NCBI GenBank assembly: GCA_015061845.1
Contig: SUVT01000002.1
Location: 4,057-68,056, forward strand
Length of the DNA stretch: 64,000 nt
Direction: 5' to 3'
Source of the DNA: Lentisphaerota bacterium
GTDB lineage: Bacteria; Verrucomicrobiota; Lentisphaeria; Victivallales; UBA1829
Below the pieces are notes generated by a model, which was not told where the DNA came from, did not search any database, and was given only the letters and a program-made list of their open reading frames with translations. A program made the position numbers and the translations under genes. Positions 18,183 through 28,551 of the stretch are shown here, one piece after another; the stretch's first letter is position 1; every line of letters starts with the position of its first letter.

Positions 18183-19169
18183 ATGAGCAACCCCGTTTAT
18201 TTGCTTGGATATGACGTTGGAGGAACAAAAATTGTTGTCAGTCTCGGTACCGCTGATGGCAAAATTCTGGGAACCCAGCGTATTGAAAATAAAGATACCT
18301 ACCCCGATGTCATTCTGCCGCTCATGGTGGAAACCAGTAAAAAACTCGTCAACGATGCCGGTATCAAATTATCCGATGTCAGAGCATTCGGAATCTCCAC
18401 CCCCGGACCTGCTGATATCCCAAACGGCATCATGACCGCTCCCACAAACAACAAACACTGGCGCAATGTGCCTATCAGACAATACCTTTCCGATAATCTC
18501 GGCATGGAAGGTTTTTTCGAGAATGATGCAAACTGCGGAGCTTTGGCGGAATGGTTCTATGGGGCAGGAAAAGGCTGTGATGATTTCCTGTATCTTACCA
18601 TGAGTACCGGTATCGGCGCCGGAATCATTGCCGCAGGAAAACTTGTCCGCGGAACAGGCTTCTATGGCGGTGAAGCAGGACATTTCGTGATCGAACGCAA
18701 CGGAAGAAAGTGCAACTGCGGCATGAACGGCTGCTATGAAGCATACTGCGGCGGACGGGCAATTGCACAGCGTATTCAGGAAGAACTGAAAGATCAGCCG
18801 GATCACCCGCTGATTGCTATGGCTGGCGGAAAACTCGAAGATATTGACTTCGTCACACTGGAAAAGGGTGTCCGTGCCGGGGATGCGTATTCGCTTGCTC
18901 TCTGGGATGAAATGAGTTACCGCAACGCACAGGCATTCGGGGCTTTCATCAATATTTTCAATCCCAAAAAGCTGGTCCTCGGAACGTTCGCATGGGCTTG
19001 CGGAGACATCTTCATGGATCCCATCAAAAAATATCTGCCGCAATTCTGCTGGAAAGAGATGCACGATCAGTGCGAACTCGTCCCCAGTGCGCTGCGCCGG
19101 GATATCGGTGCTTACGCCGGAACAGCTGCTGCAATCTACGGTCTTCGTGAAAAAGGCGAACTCAAGTAA
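18183..19169 (+). CDS. ROK-family sugar kinase (glucokinase / N-acetylglucosamine kinase type)
   Basis: N-terminal LGYDVGGTKIVVS ATP-binding motif and ROK zinc motif CNCGMNGCYEAYCGG. AGGAG RBS. Confidence 0.85.
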   Translation: MSNPVYLLGYDVGGTKIVVSLGTADGKILGTQRIENKDTYPDVILPLMVETSKKLVNDAGIKLSDVRAFGISTPGPADIPNGIMTAPTNNKHWRNVPIRQYLSDNLGMEGFFENDANCGALAEWFYGAGKGCDDFLYLTMSTGIGAGIIAAGKLVRGTGFYGGEAGHFVIERNGRKCNCGMNGCYEAYCGGRAIAQRIQEELKDQPDHPLIAMAGGKLEDIDFVTLEKGVRAGDAYSLALWDEMSYRNAQAFGAFINIFNPKKLVLGTFAWACGDIFMDPIKKYLPQFCWKEMHDQCELVPSALRRDIGAYAGTAAAIYGLREKGELK

Positions 19170-19184
19170 TCTCCGGCGGATATA

Positions 19185-20426
19185 ATGTTCTTCAAACGGC
19201 TGACAATTTTCAGTTTTGCGGTGCTTTCAATTTCTCAGGCAGCGGCACAACTCCTTCTGCCTCAGGAGGAAGCTGATAAACACCGCACAAATATGCTGGT
19301 TTCAAAAATCAATCAGCATGTCAGCCGTATTGTGCCAAGATCTCACCGCGGGCTCCCGATGGAACAGAAGTGCCAAATCGTCTTCCCCGATGCAAATAAA
19401 AATCAGGCTTTCTCCATTAATCCGAACTGGAATCCGATCCGGATCTATCTCCCGCATTACTTTGAAAGCTGGGCATTCCGGGCAAATAATATCATTCCGT
19501 TTGTGCATACTTATCTTTCTGCGAGAGCCGGCAGCAGAATGCCGCTGGCAGATACCTGGCTCTCTGCTGCCATAGTTTATGATCTCTATGAACCGGGTAT
19601 GCTTTATGGTGCATCCGCTTTCAAACACTACCCCTACGCAAGGACCATGGCTGCTCACGGGAATATTCCATCCATACAGAATATTCTCAACAGTGAACTT
19701 GCAGATTTTTACGAAAAATCTTCTTCTGCAGCCAGAATGGAATGGTGTTCGCTGCTTCTGAAATATTCTGCCAGAAGAACCGGTGGTTTTGAAAAAATGC
19801 TGTTTCAGAACCGGAAGCTGAAACCTGCAGACCGTTTTGAAAAGTTCTTCACGGCAAATGTCAATTCCCAGAAAGGAAAATCTGTTTTCGGAAAACATGA
19901 CCAAAGTACACAGGACTGGTTCTCAACAGTTTGCATAAGAACAGTTCTCGGACGCGGGATCCCGGCAGCAATTCCCTATATCGAGGAATCTTTTGCTGAA
20001 ATTATAAATACGATCCGACCACTTCTGATCGTGCCGGAAGCAAAAAAAGGCAGGAAGCCGACATTGACAAATGAAACCGTAAAAGCATTAACTCAGGCGG
20101 AAATGAAGCTGAACTTTCTCTCTCTGATTTCTCCCGAGCAGGTCGCACTGAAAATTTATCGCTGCGCCGATGCGATCCGGAATTTCCGGATGAATGTGCC
20201 GGCTCAAAAATCGATCCAGAAAATTTTTACGGAAGAGAAAGCTTTCTATGCAGAACTCTCTGAACGGGCTGCTTTGGAACATACATTGAAGCTGGCAGAA
20301 CAGAGACTTACTACACCGGGAATGAGATTTTCTTTGACACTTCAAGCCATTGCACCGGAAAAATCTGATATTCCCCTTCTGCAGAAGGCTAACTCTCTCA
20401 TGGACAGATATGAAAAGGATTTCTGA
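19185..20426 (+). CDS. hypothetical secreted protein
   Basis: 413 aa with a signal-peptide-like N-terminus (MFFKRLTIFSFAVLSISQAAAQ). No family recognised. Its 3' end overlaps the mreC start. Confidence 0.55.
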   Translation: MFFKRLTIFSFAVLSISQAAAQLLLPQEEADKHRTNMLVSKINQHVSRIVPRSHRGLPMEQKCQIVFPDANKNQAFSINPNWNPIRIYLPHYFESWAFRANNIIPFVHTYLSARAGSRMPLADTWLSAAIVYDLYEPGMLYGASAFKHYPYARTMAAHGNIPSIQNILNSELADFYEKSSSAARMEWCSLLLKYSARRTGGFEKMLFQNRKLKPADRFEKFFTANVNSQKGKSVFGKHDQSTQDWFSTVCIRTVLGRGIPAAIPYIEESFAEIINTIRPLLIVPEAKKGRKPTLTNETVKALTQAEMKLNFLSLISPEQVALKIYRCADAIRNFRMNVPAQKSIQKIFTEEKAFYAELSERAALEHTLKLAEQRLTTPGMRFSLTLQAIAPEKSDIPLLQKANSLMDRYEKDF

Positions 20427-21297
20427 TATGAATCTTGATATGAACGATGAAAATTTGAAAGGGAAAAAGATTTACAGGATCCTTCTGTTGATCTTCCTGG
20501 GAATTATCCTTCTGGTTGCAGTCTATGCTTCTCTCAGAAGAACAGCTGCCAGATTTTCCAGAGACTTCATGAGTCCCTTCCTCAGAACCGTGACAATTAC
20601 TGAAAATGAAGCATTTTATGCTGCTCAGATGACCAAACCGAAAAAACAGCTCGCTGCAGAAGTTCAGATGCTGCAGGAACAGAATCTCGTTCTGGAATCA
20701 AAGAATCATGCATTGCAGGCACTTCAGGAGGAAAACCGCTCCTTGCGCGCACTTCTGAAATTACCGGATGCTCCGGAATTTATCCCGGTTACAGCTGAAA
20801 TCTCCGGAAGAACGGCTGCTCAATGGCGTGAACGGTTCGTGATCAACCGTGGCTGGTCTGACGGCATCCGGGTCGGAAATGCTGTCGTTGCCCCGGATGA
20901 TGCCGGAAATATTGTTATGGCAGGAAGAGTGATTGAAGTCTCCGGCGGAACGGCTGTCGTTGCAACAGTTTTCTCCGGTGATTGCCGTCTCAGTGTCATG
21001 GTTGAAACTGATAAATCGATCGGTGGAATGGAAGTGTTGAACGAAAAAAGTCTTCCGGTGGTCCGTTATCTTCCTGTTGCGGGAAAATATCAGGATCACG
21101 CAAAACTCCTGACCAGCGGCATCGCAGACGATACCCCGTCAGGAATCCCTGTCGCAACCATCACTCCGCGGGGAAAAGATCTTCCTCCGGAAGTCATCAG
21201 AGACCAGCTCTATACAGAAGTGAATGTCTCTCCGCTGATCCGCATCGACTCCGTCCGGACTGTAGTTGTCTTCACCAGAAAAGGCGGGAATAAGTAA
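20410..21297 (+). CDS. mreC: rod shape-determining protein MreC
   Basis: N-terminal TM helix, coiled coil (LAAEVQMLQEQNLVLESKNHALQALQEENRSLRALL), then the beta-rich MreC domain (GIRVGNAVVAPD...AGRVIEVSGGTAVV). The start is uncertain: ATG at 20410 or 20428, while the listed 20350 start overlaps the previous gene. Confidence 0.8.
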   Translation: MKRISDMNLDMNDENLKGKKIYRILLLIFLGIILLVAVYASLRRTAARFSRDFMSPFLRTVTITENEAFYAAQMTKPKKQLAAEVQMLQEQNLVLESKNHALQALQEENRSLRALLKLPDAPEFIPVTAEISGRTAAQWRERFVINRGWSDGIRVGNAVVAPDDAGNIVMAGRVIEVSGGTAVVATVFSGDCRLSVMVETDKSIGGMEVLNEKSLPVVRYLPVAGKYQDHAKLLTSGIADDTPSGIPVATITPRGKDLPPEVIRDQLYTEVNVSPLIRIDSVRTVVVFTRKGGNK

Positions 21298-21809
21298 TGC
21301 GTTTCACCTACCTCTTCGTTACCCTGATTATTTTTGTTGTCGCACAGATCTCTCTTAGGGCGATCGGGATCAACTTCCCGTTACTGCCGCTGCTGATCTT
21401 CTATGCGGCTTACACCTATGGTCCATTATTCGGGTTCGGATTGGTAATTCCGGCTGCATTCCTGCTTGATTTCAACTGCGGATGGTCTCATCCATGGAGC
21501 ATTTCGGGGTTCCTTCTTGTGGCTGGTTTTGCTGTTTTCTGGATTCAGCGGATCGAATCAGACTCGCTTCTTCTGCTGGCAATTCCCGGTTTCCTTATCC
21601 CCATCATCGGAGACTTCCCGCAAAATCTTTTCGCCGGAGGTTTTTCCGGTGACAATATCCTGAACTCAGGGGCTGATGCTCTGGCAAATGGAGTGCTGGG
21701 AGCGGTTCTCTTTCCTTTCTGGATCATTATTCTGGATTTCTTCGGCAAAAGACTGGGACTGAAAACTTACGGTGAAGCAAAAGAACGCATCAAGAAAGAG
21801 AATCTGTAA
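21297..21809 (+). CDS. mreD: rod shape-determining protein MreD (polytopic membrane protein)
   Basis: 170-aa multi-TM protein. Its start overlaps the mreC stop (TAATG) and it sits between mreC and PBP2, the conserved mreD position. Confidence 0.65.
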   Translation: MRFTYLFVTLIIFVVAQISLRAIGINFPLLPLLIFYAAYTYGPLFGFGLVIPAAFLLDFNCGWSHPWSISGFLLVAGFAVFWIQRIESDSLLLLAIPGFLIPIIGDFPQNLFAGGFSGDNILNSGADALANGVLGAVLFPFWIIILDFFGKRLGLKTYGEAKERIKKENL

Positions 21810-21811
21810 CC

Positions 21812-23662
21812 ATGTTTGCACCGGAATTCATCTCTAAAATAAGAATCGCAATCATTGCGTTTGCTGTATTCATCTTGTACGCAATTCTCTGTGTCCGCCT
21901 CTGGCAGGTTCAGGTCGTCAAGGGCGAAGATACCAAGGAAAAAGTTTCCAGACAGTACATCCGCAAAATCAGAATTCCTGCAGTCCGGGGACGGATCCTG
22001 ACCGCTGACGGTGTTCCCCTTGCAGATAACAGACCGTCCATGGATGTCGTGCTTCACATCTCTGAAATGCGGCAGCCCGGTCCCCTTGGAAAAACGATCA
22101 ATTTCATTGCTCAGAATGTGGAAATCATTGCAAAAGCGATTGGAAGAACGGAATATCCGACCCGGGATGATATCTCTTATCATACTTCAAAAACACCGGG
22201 ACTGCCCCTTACGATTTTCAGGGATCTGACGGAAGAGGAGACTGCGAAAGCCTTTGAAATTTCTTCTGTCATCCCCGGAATGGAATTGGTCTGCGATGCC
22301 GTTCGTATTTATCCTCAGGGAACCACAGCAGGACACCTGATCGGTTATGTCAGGCAAGATGACCCCGGCAAAGCTGATGACCGGAAAAGCTACTCGTATT
22401 ACGTCCCCGATATCGTCGGAAAGTCCGGACTTGAACTGGCATATGATACTTATCCCGAAACAACGACATCATCGGGCGGAAAAGTTTCTCCGGTCAAACG
22501 TCCCCTGCTCCGTGGAACACCCGGTCAGAAACTGGTTATCGTCGACCATCGCCGTTTTATCCGGGATTCCGGTGGTGAAGGAATCAAGGCTGAAAACGGA
22601 AAAAACCTGATTCTCTCCATGAATTTCAAAGCCCAGAAAATCGCAGAAGAACTGCTTGACGGATACTCCGGTGCAGTCGTCGTCATGGATGCAAATACCG
22701 GAGAAATCATCGTCATGGCTTCAGCTCCTTCTTATGCTCCGGCTATGTTTATCCCGTCAATCTCTCATGAAGACTATAAAGCCCTCCTGGATGACCCGGA
22801 ACGACCGCTTTTCAATAAAGCTCTGCAAGGTTCTTACAGCCCGGGTTCCATTATCAAACCGCTCATGGGGCTTTCCATTCTGCGGAACATGGAAAACGGC
22901 GGTGAAGAAATGGAATGTGATGGTTTTACACCGATCGGAGACTATAAACTCAACTGCTGGATCCGTCCCCTCACCGGCGGCGGACACGGAACACTGGATC
23001 TCAGAGAAGCGATCACCGTCTCCTGCAATGACTATTTCGTCTCCAACGGGCTTGCCCTGGGGATCGATAAAATCTCCCAAACCTATTCCTCCGCAGGATT
23101 CGGAAAAAAGACTGGATTTATTCTGCCGGAAACTGCCGGACGACTACCTTCCAGAAATGTAAAAAAGAATTGGAAAGTCTTTGATACAGCACTGGTGTCC
23201 ATCGGTCAGGGTGAACTGCTGATCTCCCCCCTGCAGGCTGCCGTTTATATCTCCGCAATCGCAAATGGCGGTATTATTTATAAGCCTCAGATTCTGAAAA
23301 GTATTGAAGATGCCGATGGAAAAACACTTCATCGGACAACGCCGGAAATCCGGGGGCATCTCCAGACAACACCGGAACACCTCAATTTTGTCCGGGATGC
23401 AATGCTCAATGCTGTCTATGCAAACAATGGCGGTGCAAAAAAAGCAAGAAATGATGCGATTAAACTTTACGGAAAAACAGGTACCGCAGAAGTCGGACCA
23501 CGTTCAAAACGCTATAAAAACACCTGGTTCGCCGGCTTCGGTACCTCTCCGAAAAATGGAAAAACTTACACGATCATTGTTTTTGTTGAGCGCGGAATAT
23601 CCGGCGGAAGTACAGCCGCCCCCATTGCAGCGCAGTTCTTCAAACAATGGACACCAGAATAA
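21812..23662 (+). CDS. mrdA: penicillin-binding protein 2 (elongasome transpeptidase)
   Basis: TM anchor and PBP dimerisation domain, with transpeptidase motifs SPGSIIKP (SxxK), VSCND (SxN) and KTGTA (KTG). Confidence 0.9.
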   Translation: MFAPEFISKIRIAIIAFAVFILYAILCVRLWQVQVVKGEDTKEKVSRQYIRKIRIPAVRGRILTADGVPLADNRPSMDVVLHISEMRQPGPLGKTINFIAQNVEIIAKAIGRTEYPTRDDISYHTSKTPGLPLTIFRDLTEEETAKAFEISSVIPGMELVCDAVRIYPQGTTAGHLIGYVRQDDPGKADDRKSYSYYVPDIVGKSGLELAYDTYPETTTSSGGKVSPVKRPLLRGTPGQKLVIVDHRRFIRDSGGEGIKAENGKNLILSMNFKAQKIAEELLDGYSGAVVVMDANTGEIIVMASAPSYAPAMFIPSISHEDYKALLDDPERPLFNKALQGSYSPGSIIKPLMGLSILRNMENGGEEMECDGFTPIGDYKLNCWIRPLTGGGHGTLDLREAITVSCNDYFVSNGLALGIDKISQTYSSAGFGKKTGFILPETAGRLPSRNVKKNWKVFDTALVSIGQGELLISPLQAAVYISAIANGGIIYKPQILKSIEDADGKTLHRTTPEIRGHLQTTPEHLNFVRDAMLNAVYANNGGAKKARNDAIKLYGKTGTAEVGPRSKRYKNTWFAGFGTSPKNGKTYTIIVFVERGISGGSTAAPIAAQFFKQWTPE

Positions 23663-23663
23663 T

Positions 23664-24635
23664 ATGCAAGGAACTCTCATGGCTCTTCAAGATGTCGAAC
23701 AACGCTACCCGGTAAAGCTGAATCAATACTGTAAAAAACTGACAGAACATTCCAACGCCGCAAAAAAAATGTATCTTCCGGACGAAAAGGAACTTGAAAC
23801 ATGCGGTCTCTCAGATGACGGACTGGGCGAAATCGCTCAGATGCCCGTGCCGAAATTTATCCGGAGATACACCGACCGCGCAGTCTTGCTTTGTACAGAT
23901 AAATGTTTTGTTCACTGCCGATTCTGTTTCCGGAAACGCCAGTGGAGAAGCGATGCGCTCCCCATGAACCTTTCCGATGAAGAGTTGAATGCTGTTTGCA
24001 ATTGGCTCGATCTGAATCATGAAGTTACGGACATTCTGCTCAGCGGCGGCGATATTATGACCCTGCCGGATGAACGGATCATTGAAATCGCATCAAGAAT
24101 CCGGGCTTCAGGCAATGTCTCTTCTGTCCGGATCTGCTCCCGTGCGCCAGCCGTAGATCCGGAAAGAATCACTGATCACATTGCAGAAAAACTTGCAGAT
24201 ATTGAAGGACTTTGGTTCGTTACCCACTTCAATCATCCCGATGAACTGACTCCGGAAGCTCATGAAGCCTGCAGAAAATTGATTCGTCATGGAATCCCCG
24301 TCCTGGATCAAACTGTTCTGCTGGCTGGCATCAATGATGATCCAGAAACGCTGAAAACATTGTTCAAAACTTTAGTCTCCTGGCGAGTCAAACCCCATTA
24401 CCTGTTCCATGTCGACCCCATCGAAGGCGTGGCTCATTTCGCAACAGGTGTTCAGAAAGGGCTTGATATTTTGAAAGATTTCCAACTCTCTTTATCTTCT
24501 CTTGCAACACCTGCGTTTGCCATCGATCTTCCCTGTGGCGGCGGAAAATTGATCCTGACAGCCGCAGAAAAAAACGATAAAGGCGAGTGGTTCAGTCCTG
24601 TTCATAAGCGATTTATCCGCCATCCGCTGACTTGA
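23664..24635 (+). CDS. KamA-family radical SAM protein (lysine 2,3-aminomutase-like, EpmB/YjeK size)
   Basis: YTDRAVLLCTDKCFVHCRFCFRKR contains the CxxxCxxC radical-SAM motif in a KamA-type context. 323 aa from the ATG 1 nt after the PBP2 stop. The listed 23304 start overlaps mrdA. Confidence 0.8.
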   Translation: MQGTLMALQDVEQRYPVKLNQYCKKLTEHSNAAKKMYLPDEKELETCGLSDDGLGEIAQMPVPKFIRRYTDRAVLLCTDKCFVHCRFCFRKRQWRSDALPMNLSDEELNAVCNWLDLNHEVTDILLSGGDIMTLPDERIIEIASRIRASGNVSSVRICSRAPAVDPERITDHIAEKLADIEGLWFVTHFNHPDELTPEAHEACRKLIRHGIPVLDQTVLLAGINDDPETLKTLFKTLVSWRVKPHYLFHVDPIEGVAHFATGVQKGLDILKDFQLSLSSLATPAFAIDLPCGGGKLILTAAEKNDKGEWFSPVHKRFIRHPLT

Positions 24636-24766
24636 AAGGCTGTTTTTACTTAAAAAAAAGCATTTTTCTGTTTGATAATCATAAATCCAGCTGTATATTA
24701 CATTGAAAGATTGTGATTTGGCAGAGAAACTGTCATAAAATAATTTTCAGTTGGAGATTTTTCTTT

Positions 24767-25504
24767 ATGCATAAATTTGACATAGTACTGCCTCTCTATC
24801 ATCCTGCAGATGGTTGGGAAGAACATATCCTTAACGCTGTGAAAGGCATCCGTTCTTACTTCGCCGGGAAAGATTGCGAAATACATGTCTATCTGACAAA
24901 TGACGGTTACCCCGTTGAACACTATTCCAAAGATTCTCTTGACAGAATCAATAACGCTTTGGATGGAAAACTGCATTTCCTCACCTACACCCCCAATCAG
25001 GGAAAAGGTTACTCCCTCCGTTATCTGATTGAACGCACAGAAGGTGATTATGTCGTTTATACTGATGGTGATTTCCCCTTCGGTTGGAAGTCGGTTGCAG
25101 AAGCCTTTGAACTGCTTCAGTCCGGCGCAGATGTCGTCATGGGCAAACGCGGAACAGATTACAGCGGCGCACTTTGTTTCCTGAGAAAAGTTCTCTCAAA
25201 AGGAACCAGATTCCTGAACAGAACTCTTCTTGGCCTCCCCTCCGAATTTCTTGATACGCAGGCAGGGTTGAAAGGCTTTAATAAAAAAGGAAAAGAAGTT
25301 TTCCTGAAAACAACTGTCAAAACATTTGTTTTCGATACAGAATTTATTCTGCTTGCCTGGAAAAACTCCCTGAACATCAAAACGCTTCCCATTAAAATCC
25401 GGGACGGTCTGCTTCTTTCTTCCATGGGATTCAAAGTCATGATCCGGGAATTGAGACTTTTCCTCAAGATCCTCTGGAACATCAGAATCAGAAAACGTTA
25501 CTGA
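24767..25504 (+). CDS. family 2 glycosyltransferase
   Basis: MHKFDIVLPLYHP...LTNDGYP...YTDGDFPF resembles a GT2 fold with a DxD-like motif. Start set at MHKF rather than the listed 24713. Confidence 0.65.
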   Translation: MHKFDIVLPLYHPADGWEEHILNAVKGIRSYFAGKDCEIHVYLTNDGYPVEHYSKDSLDRINNALDGKLHFLTYTPNQGKGYSLRYLIERTEGDYVVYTDGDFPFGWKSVAEAFELLQSGADVVMGKRGTDYSGALCFLRKVLSKGTRFLNRTLLGLPSEFLDTQAGLKGFNKKGKEVFLKTTVKTFVFDTEFILLAWKNSLNIKTLPIKIRDGLLLSSMGFKVMIRELRLFLKILWNIRIRKRY

Positions 25505-25525
25505 TCCTCTCCCTTTAAAATAAAT

Positions 25526-25562
25526 AAGGTATGGCACACAGCAATGTACCATACCTTTTTTT
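25526..25562. terminator. bidirectional rho-independent terminator between convergent GT2 gene and CAZyme operon
   Basis: AAGGTATGG-loop-CCATACCTT followed by TTTTTTT. An A-rich tract lies on the other side. Confidence 0.6.
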
Positions 25563-25578
25563 CTTGTCTCAATCCGGA

Positions 25579-26727
25579 TTATTTCCAGACAACACCCTGC
25601 TCTGACGGCAATTTTCCGGTCTTCTGACCTTCCGCAAAAACAGCCTCAATATTGTCCATGAGGTACTGTCCATCCTCTGCCTTGCGGGAGACAGTCTCTT
25701 TCACAACGATCGGCGTGATCGTCTTGCTCATCATTTCGATGCAGTTCGTATGTTCTGCTCCGATGGCAAGCGGACAGGTGAATGCAAAGTTTCCTCTGAT
25801 CTTCTGAATGATATCCATAAACATCTCCGGCTGGGAAAGTTCAGATGCTCCGGAGTGAAGCACTGTACCGTCCGCAGACAGGATCTTCCAATCGCTGGAG
25901 GTCCAGATCGCTCTGCCGTTTTCACATTCCACATCGATCACCGGATTGACCCCTTTGCCGCCCGCATGGGACAGCATCGTAACGATCTTGATCCCGCTGT
26001 CAGTGGTGAAACGGACAGCGCAGGTATCAAAGGTTTCAATATTTTCTCTCGCACGGTAGAGATTTCCCTCCACGGAAACGACATGGGCAGACTTTTCAAA
26101 CCGTTCTCCGGCATAGAAGAGTTCCATGTTCAGGTAGTGAGCAAATGCGTTGTTGATGGGGGAATCGAAAATTGCTGCTCCGTCAGCAGCATACATTTTG
26201 CCTGCCCAGTTGTTCCGGCTGTAGTAGGCATCGCTGCGGGGCCAGATCCCGGTACAGACGATCTGCTTCACTTTACCAAGTTTTCCGCTGACAAGATAGT
26301 GCTTGATAAACTGGACTTCTCTTGCATACATATGCTGGAATCCGATAGCTACGAACTTTCCGTTCGCTTCCTGCTCCGCTTTGATCATGAGGTTCACATC
26401 TTCCACAGAACCGGCAGCAGGTTTTTCCACAAGAACGTTTGCACCGTGCTTCAACGCTTCTACTGTCATTCTGGAGTGAAGCGCGATCCCTGTCGGAATG
26501 CAGACCAAATCCAGTTTTCCGGACTGTTCCGCATACATTGCTTCAGTGGAAGGATAAACCTTGACACCCATTTCTTTCAGTTTCTGCAACTGTTCCGGCA
26601 CTTGTTCCGGGTTGATCACAACCACACAAACCAGTTCAATCACGCCTTTTTTTGCCAGCGGTTCCAGATGAGAAAAATGGACACTGCTGTAACCGGAAAT
26701 TCCGATCAGACCGACTTTTATTGTCAT
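25579..26727 (-). CDS. Gfo/Idh/MocA-family NAD(P)-dependent oxidoreductase
   Basis: Rossmann N-terminus IKVGLIGISGYS and GANVLVEKP motif. Start set at ATG 26727 (GAGGTG RBS) rather than TTG 26739. Confidence 0.85.
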   Translation of the reverse strand: MTIKVGLIGISGYSSVHFSHLEPLAKKGVIELVCVVVINPEQVPEQLQKLKEMGVKVYPSTEAMYAEQSGKLDLVCIPTGIALHSRMTVEALKHGANVLVEKPAAGSVEDVNLMIKAEQEANGKFVAIGFQHMYAREVQFIKHYLVSGKLGKVKQIVCTGIWPRSDAYYSRNNWAGKMYAADGAAIFDSPINNAFAHYLNMELFYAGERFEKSAHVVSVEGNLYRARENIETFDTCAVRFTTDSGIKIVTMLSHAGGKGVNPVIDVECENGRAIWTSSDWKILSADGTVLHSGASELSQPEMFMDIIQKIRGNFAFTCPLAIGAEHTNCIEMMSKTITPIVVKETVSRKAEDGQYLMDNIEAVFAEGQKTGKLPSEQGVVWK

Positions 26728-26735
26728 GTTACACC

Positions 26736-27725
26736 TCAAAAATAGATTATTTTTCCTGTATCAGCAGCTTCCTGCGCTTTCAAACAGGCGTTGGTAAGTT
26801 CAATTGTTTCTTCTGTCGTGACCACTGCCGGCTTTCCGCCGGAAAGTTCGCCCAGAAAATCTGCAAAAATATTCATGCCGGTATCTTCCGGCTCGATCAC
26901 ACGGCTGCCTTCCTTGTCGATCAGATAAATCTTTTCATCCCGGATCTCCAGTACACCTTCGGTTCCAGCCAGACGGATCCGGTCATCGCCCCAGGTGGGA
27001 GCTGACATCGGGCGCAGAAATTCCATTGTGGCATTGACAATGATACCGGATTTCATTTTCAGCTGACAGCTTGCGGCGATTTCCATTTCTCCGTTCCCGA
27101 AATTGTCTTCTGAAGTCTGAAGCGCACTGACAGATTCAAATTTATCTTTTGTGAAGTACATCACCCAATCCAGCGCATGGCTTCCAACCCAGCCGATGGT
27201 TCCGCCATAGGTCGCACGGCGGCTGTAAAACGCCGGACGGGTTGCAAGTTTGTAAGACTTCTGAGTCCGGATCAGTTTGATCTTTCCGATTGCTCCGGCA
27301 TGAACCATCTCAGCCGCCTGATAGAACGGTGTCATATAGCGGATCCCCACCATGGAGATGATCCGGGCTTTGCTGACTTTCAGCGCATCTTTCACCAAAT
27401 CCAGCTGCTCATAAGTCAGCGCAATGGGCTTTTCACAGAAGACATGGATTCCTTTCCGCAAAGCAAAAGCACTCATCTCCGCATGTTTTTCAAAAGGTCC
27501 GTCAACACAAACCACATCAGGCTTTTCTGTCTCAAGCATCTCTTTCCAGTCAGCATAGATTTCCGGCTGAAAACCGAACTCCGCACAACGGTCTTTCAAC
27601 CGGTCTATCGGATCTTCGCAACCGGAAGAAATACAGGTAATATCTGCCATTTTTTTCAGGGCTTCGATATCCATAAAAACATAATTAAAGTGACCGCGGC
27701 TGCCGATCATTGCCAATTTCAGCAT
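26736..27725 (-). CDS. Gfo/Idh/MocA-family NAD(P)-dependent oxidoreductase
   Basis: MLKLAMIGSRGH Rossmann start and GIHVFCEKP motif. 329 aa. Confidence 0.85.
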   Translation of the reverse strand: MLKLAMIGSRGHFNYVFMDIEALKKMADITCISSGCEDPIDRLKDRCAEFGFQPEIYADWKEMLETEKPDVVCVDGPFEKHAEMSAFALRKGIHVFCEKPIALTYEQLDLVKDALKVSKARIISMVGIRYMTPFYQAAEMVHAGAIGKIKLIRTQKSYKLATRPAFYSRRATYGGTIGWVGSHALDWVMYFTKDKFESVSALQTSEDNFGNGEMEIAASCQLKMKSGIIVNATMEFLRPMSAPTWGDDRIRLAGTEGVLEIRDEKIYLIDKEGSRVIEPEDTGMNIFADFLGELSGGKPAVVTTEETIELTNACLKAQEAADTGKIIYF

Positions 27726-27744
27726 TGAAACAACTCCTTCCTTA

Positions 27745-28551
27745 TTACCGTTCTGTTGTGGTTCCGCAGAACCATCTTAAAGTCTCTTCAAGCCACACAG
27801 CATGATCCCGGAATTGCGGATCGGAAAGCCAGCCGTTCTGCAGACAGACACATCCGTCAAGAAACGCATATTTTCCGCGCATGGCAGAAAGAACTTTCAT
27901 CCACTGCAGCTTCCAGAGTTCAAAGTCAATGGGGTGCGCCGCAGATGAAAATTCGCCGTAATTCTGAATATAGATGCCGTGAAGCAGTTTCTTTTTATAA
28001 ATCTCTTTGAACCGATGGATCAGCGAACCGAACTCTGCTTTCCAGAAGTGTTCCGTGGAAACCCACCGCCAGAGAATGATCCCGTCGATCAAATCCAGAT
28101 ACGGGGTCAGATCCAGATGGTTCAAATCGGAGTAGATCACCACATAAATTTCCAATTCCGGATTGGCAGATTTCAGATTATCCCGGATCCCTTTCACCAG
28201 TTCCGGTGTCGTGGGATGTCCGGAGAGCTGAAGAAAATCATCCAGCACGATCCCTTTGATATTCGGATATTTCAAGGACATTTCACTGAGAACTTTTGCG
28301 CCTTCCAGAGCATTTTTTTCGCCGTGGGGCAATCCGCAAAGAACCTGTTTAGAATCTTTCACAAATGCCAGATTTTCTTCCAACCGGTCCAATGAGTGCA
28401 TGCTGTTCATGAAAACAGTATTGTTCATCCCGAAATATTCAGCCGCACTTTCCAGACTGCAAAAACTTCTGTAACTTCCGGTGAATGGCAGGTTCGTTCC
28501 CGCCTGCTCCATGGTGTAACCCCACATCCAAAACTTGTCGCGCATACTCAT
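27745..28551 (-). CDS. hypothetical cytoplasmic protein (TIM-barrel-like?), function unknown
   Basis: 268-aa ORF with no signal peptide. Its ATG overlaps the upstream stop (ATGA at 28548-28551). No family recognised. Confidence 0.55.
   Translation of the reverse strand: MSMRDKFWMWGYTMEQAGTNLPFTGSYRSFCSLESAAEYFGMNNTVFMNSMHSLDRLEENLAFVKDSKQVLCGLPHGEKNALEGAKVLSEMSLKYPNIKGIVLDDFLQLSGHPTTPELVKGIRDNLKSANPELEIYVVIYSDLNHLDLTPYLDLIDGIILWRWVSTEHFWKAEFGSLIHRFKEIYKKKLLHGIYIQNYGEFSSAAHPIDFELWKLQWMKVLSAMRGKYAFLDGCVCLQNGWLSDPQFRDHAVWLEETLRWFCGTTTER

Noticed and set aside
23304-23663. The long N-terminal extension of the KamA-family ORF (listed start 23304).
   Set aside because: The extension overlaps the 3' end of mrdA in another frame and has no homology signal. 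The ATG at 23664, 1 nt after the mrdA stop, gives a protein of normal EpmB/KamA-like length.
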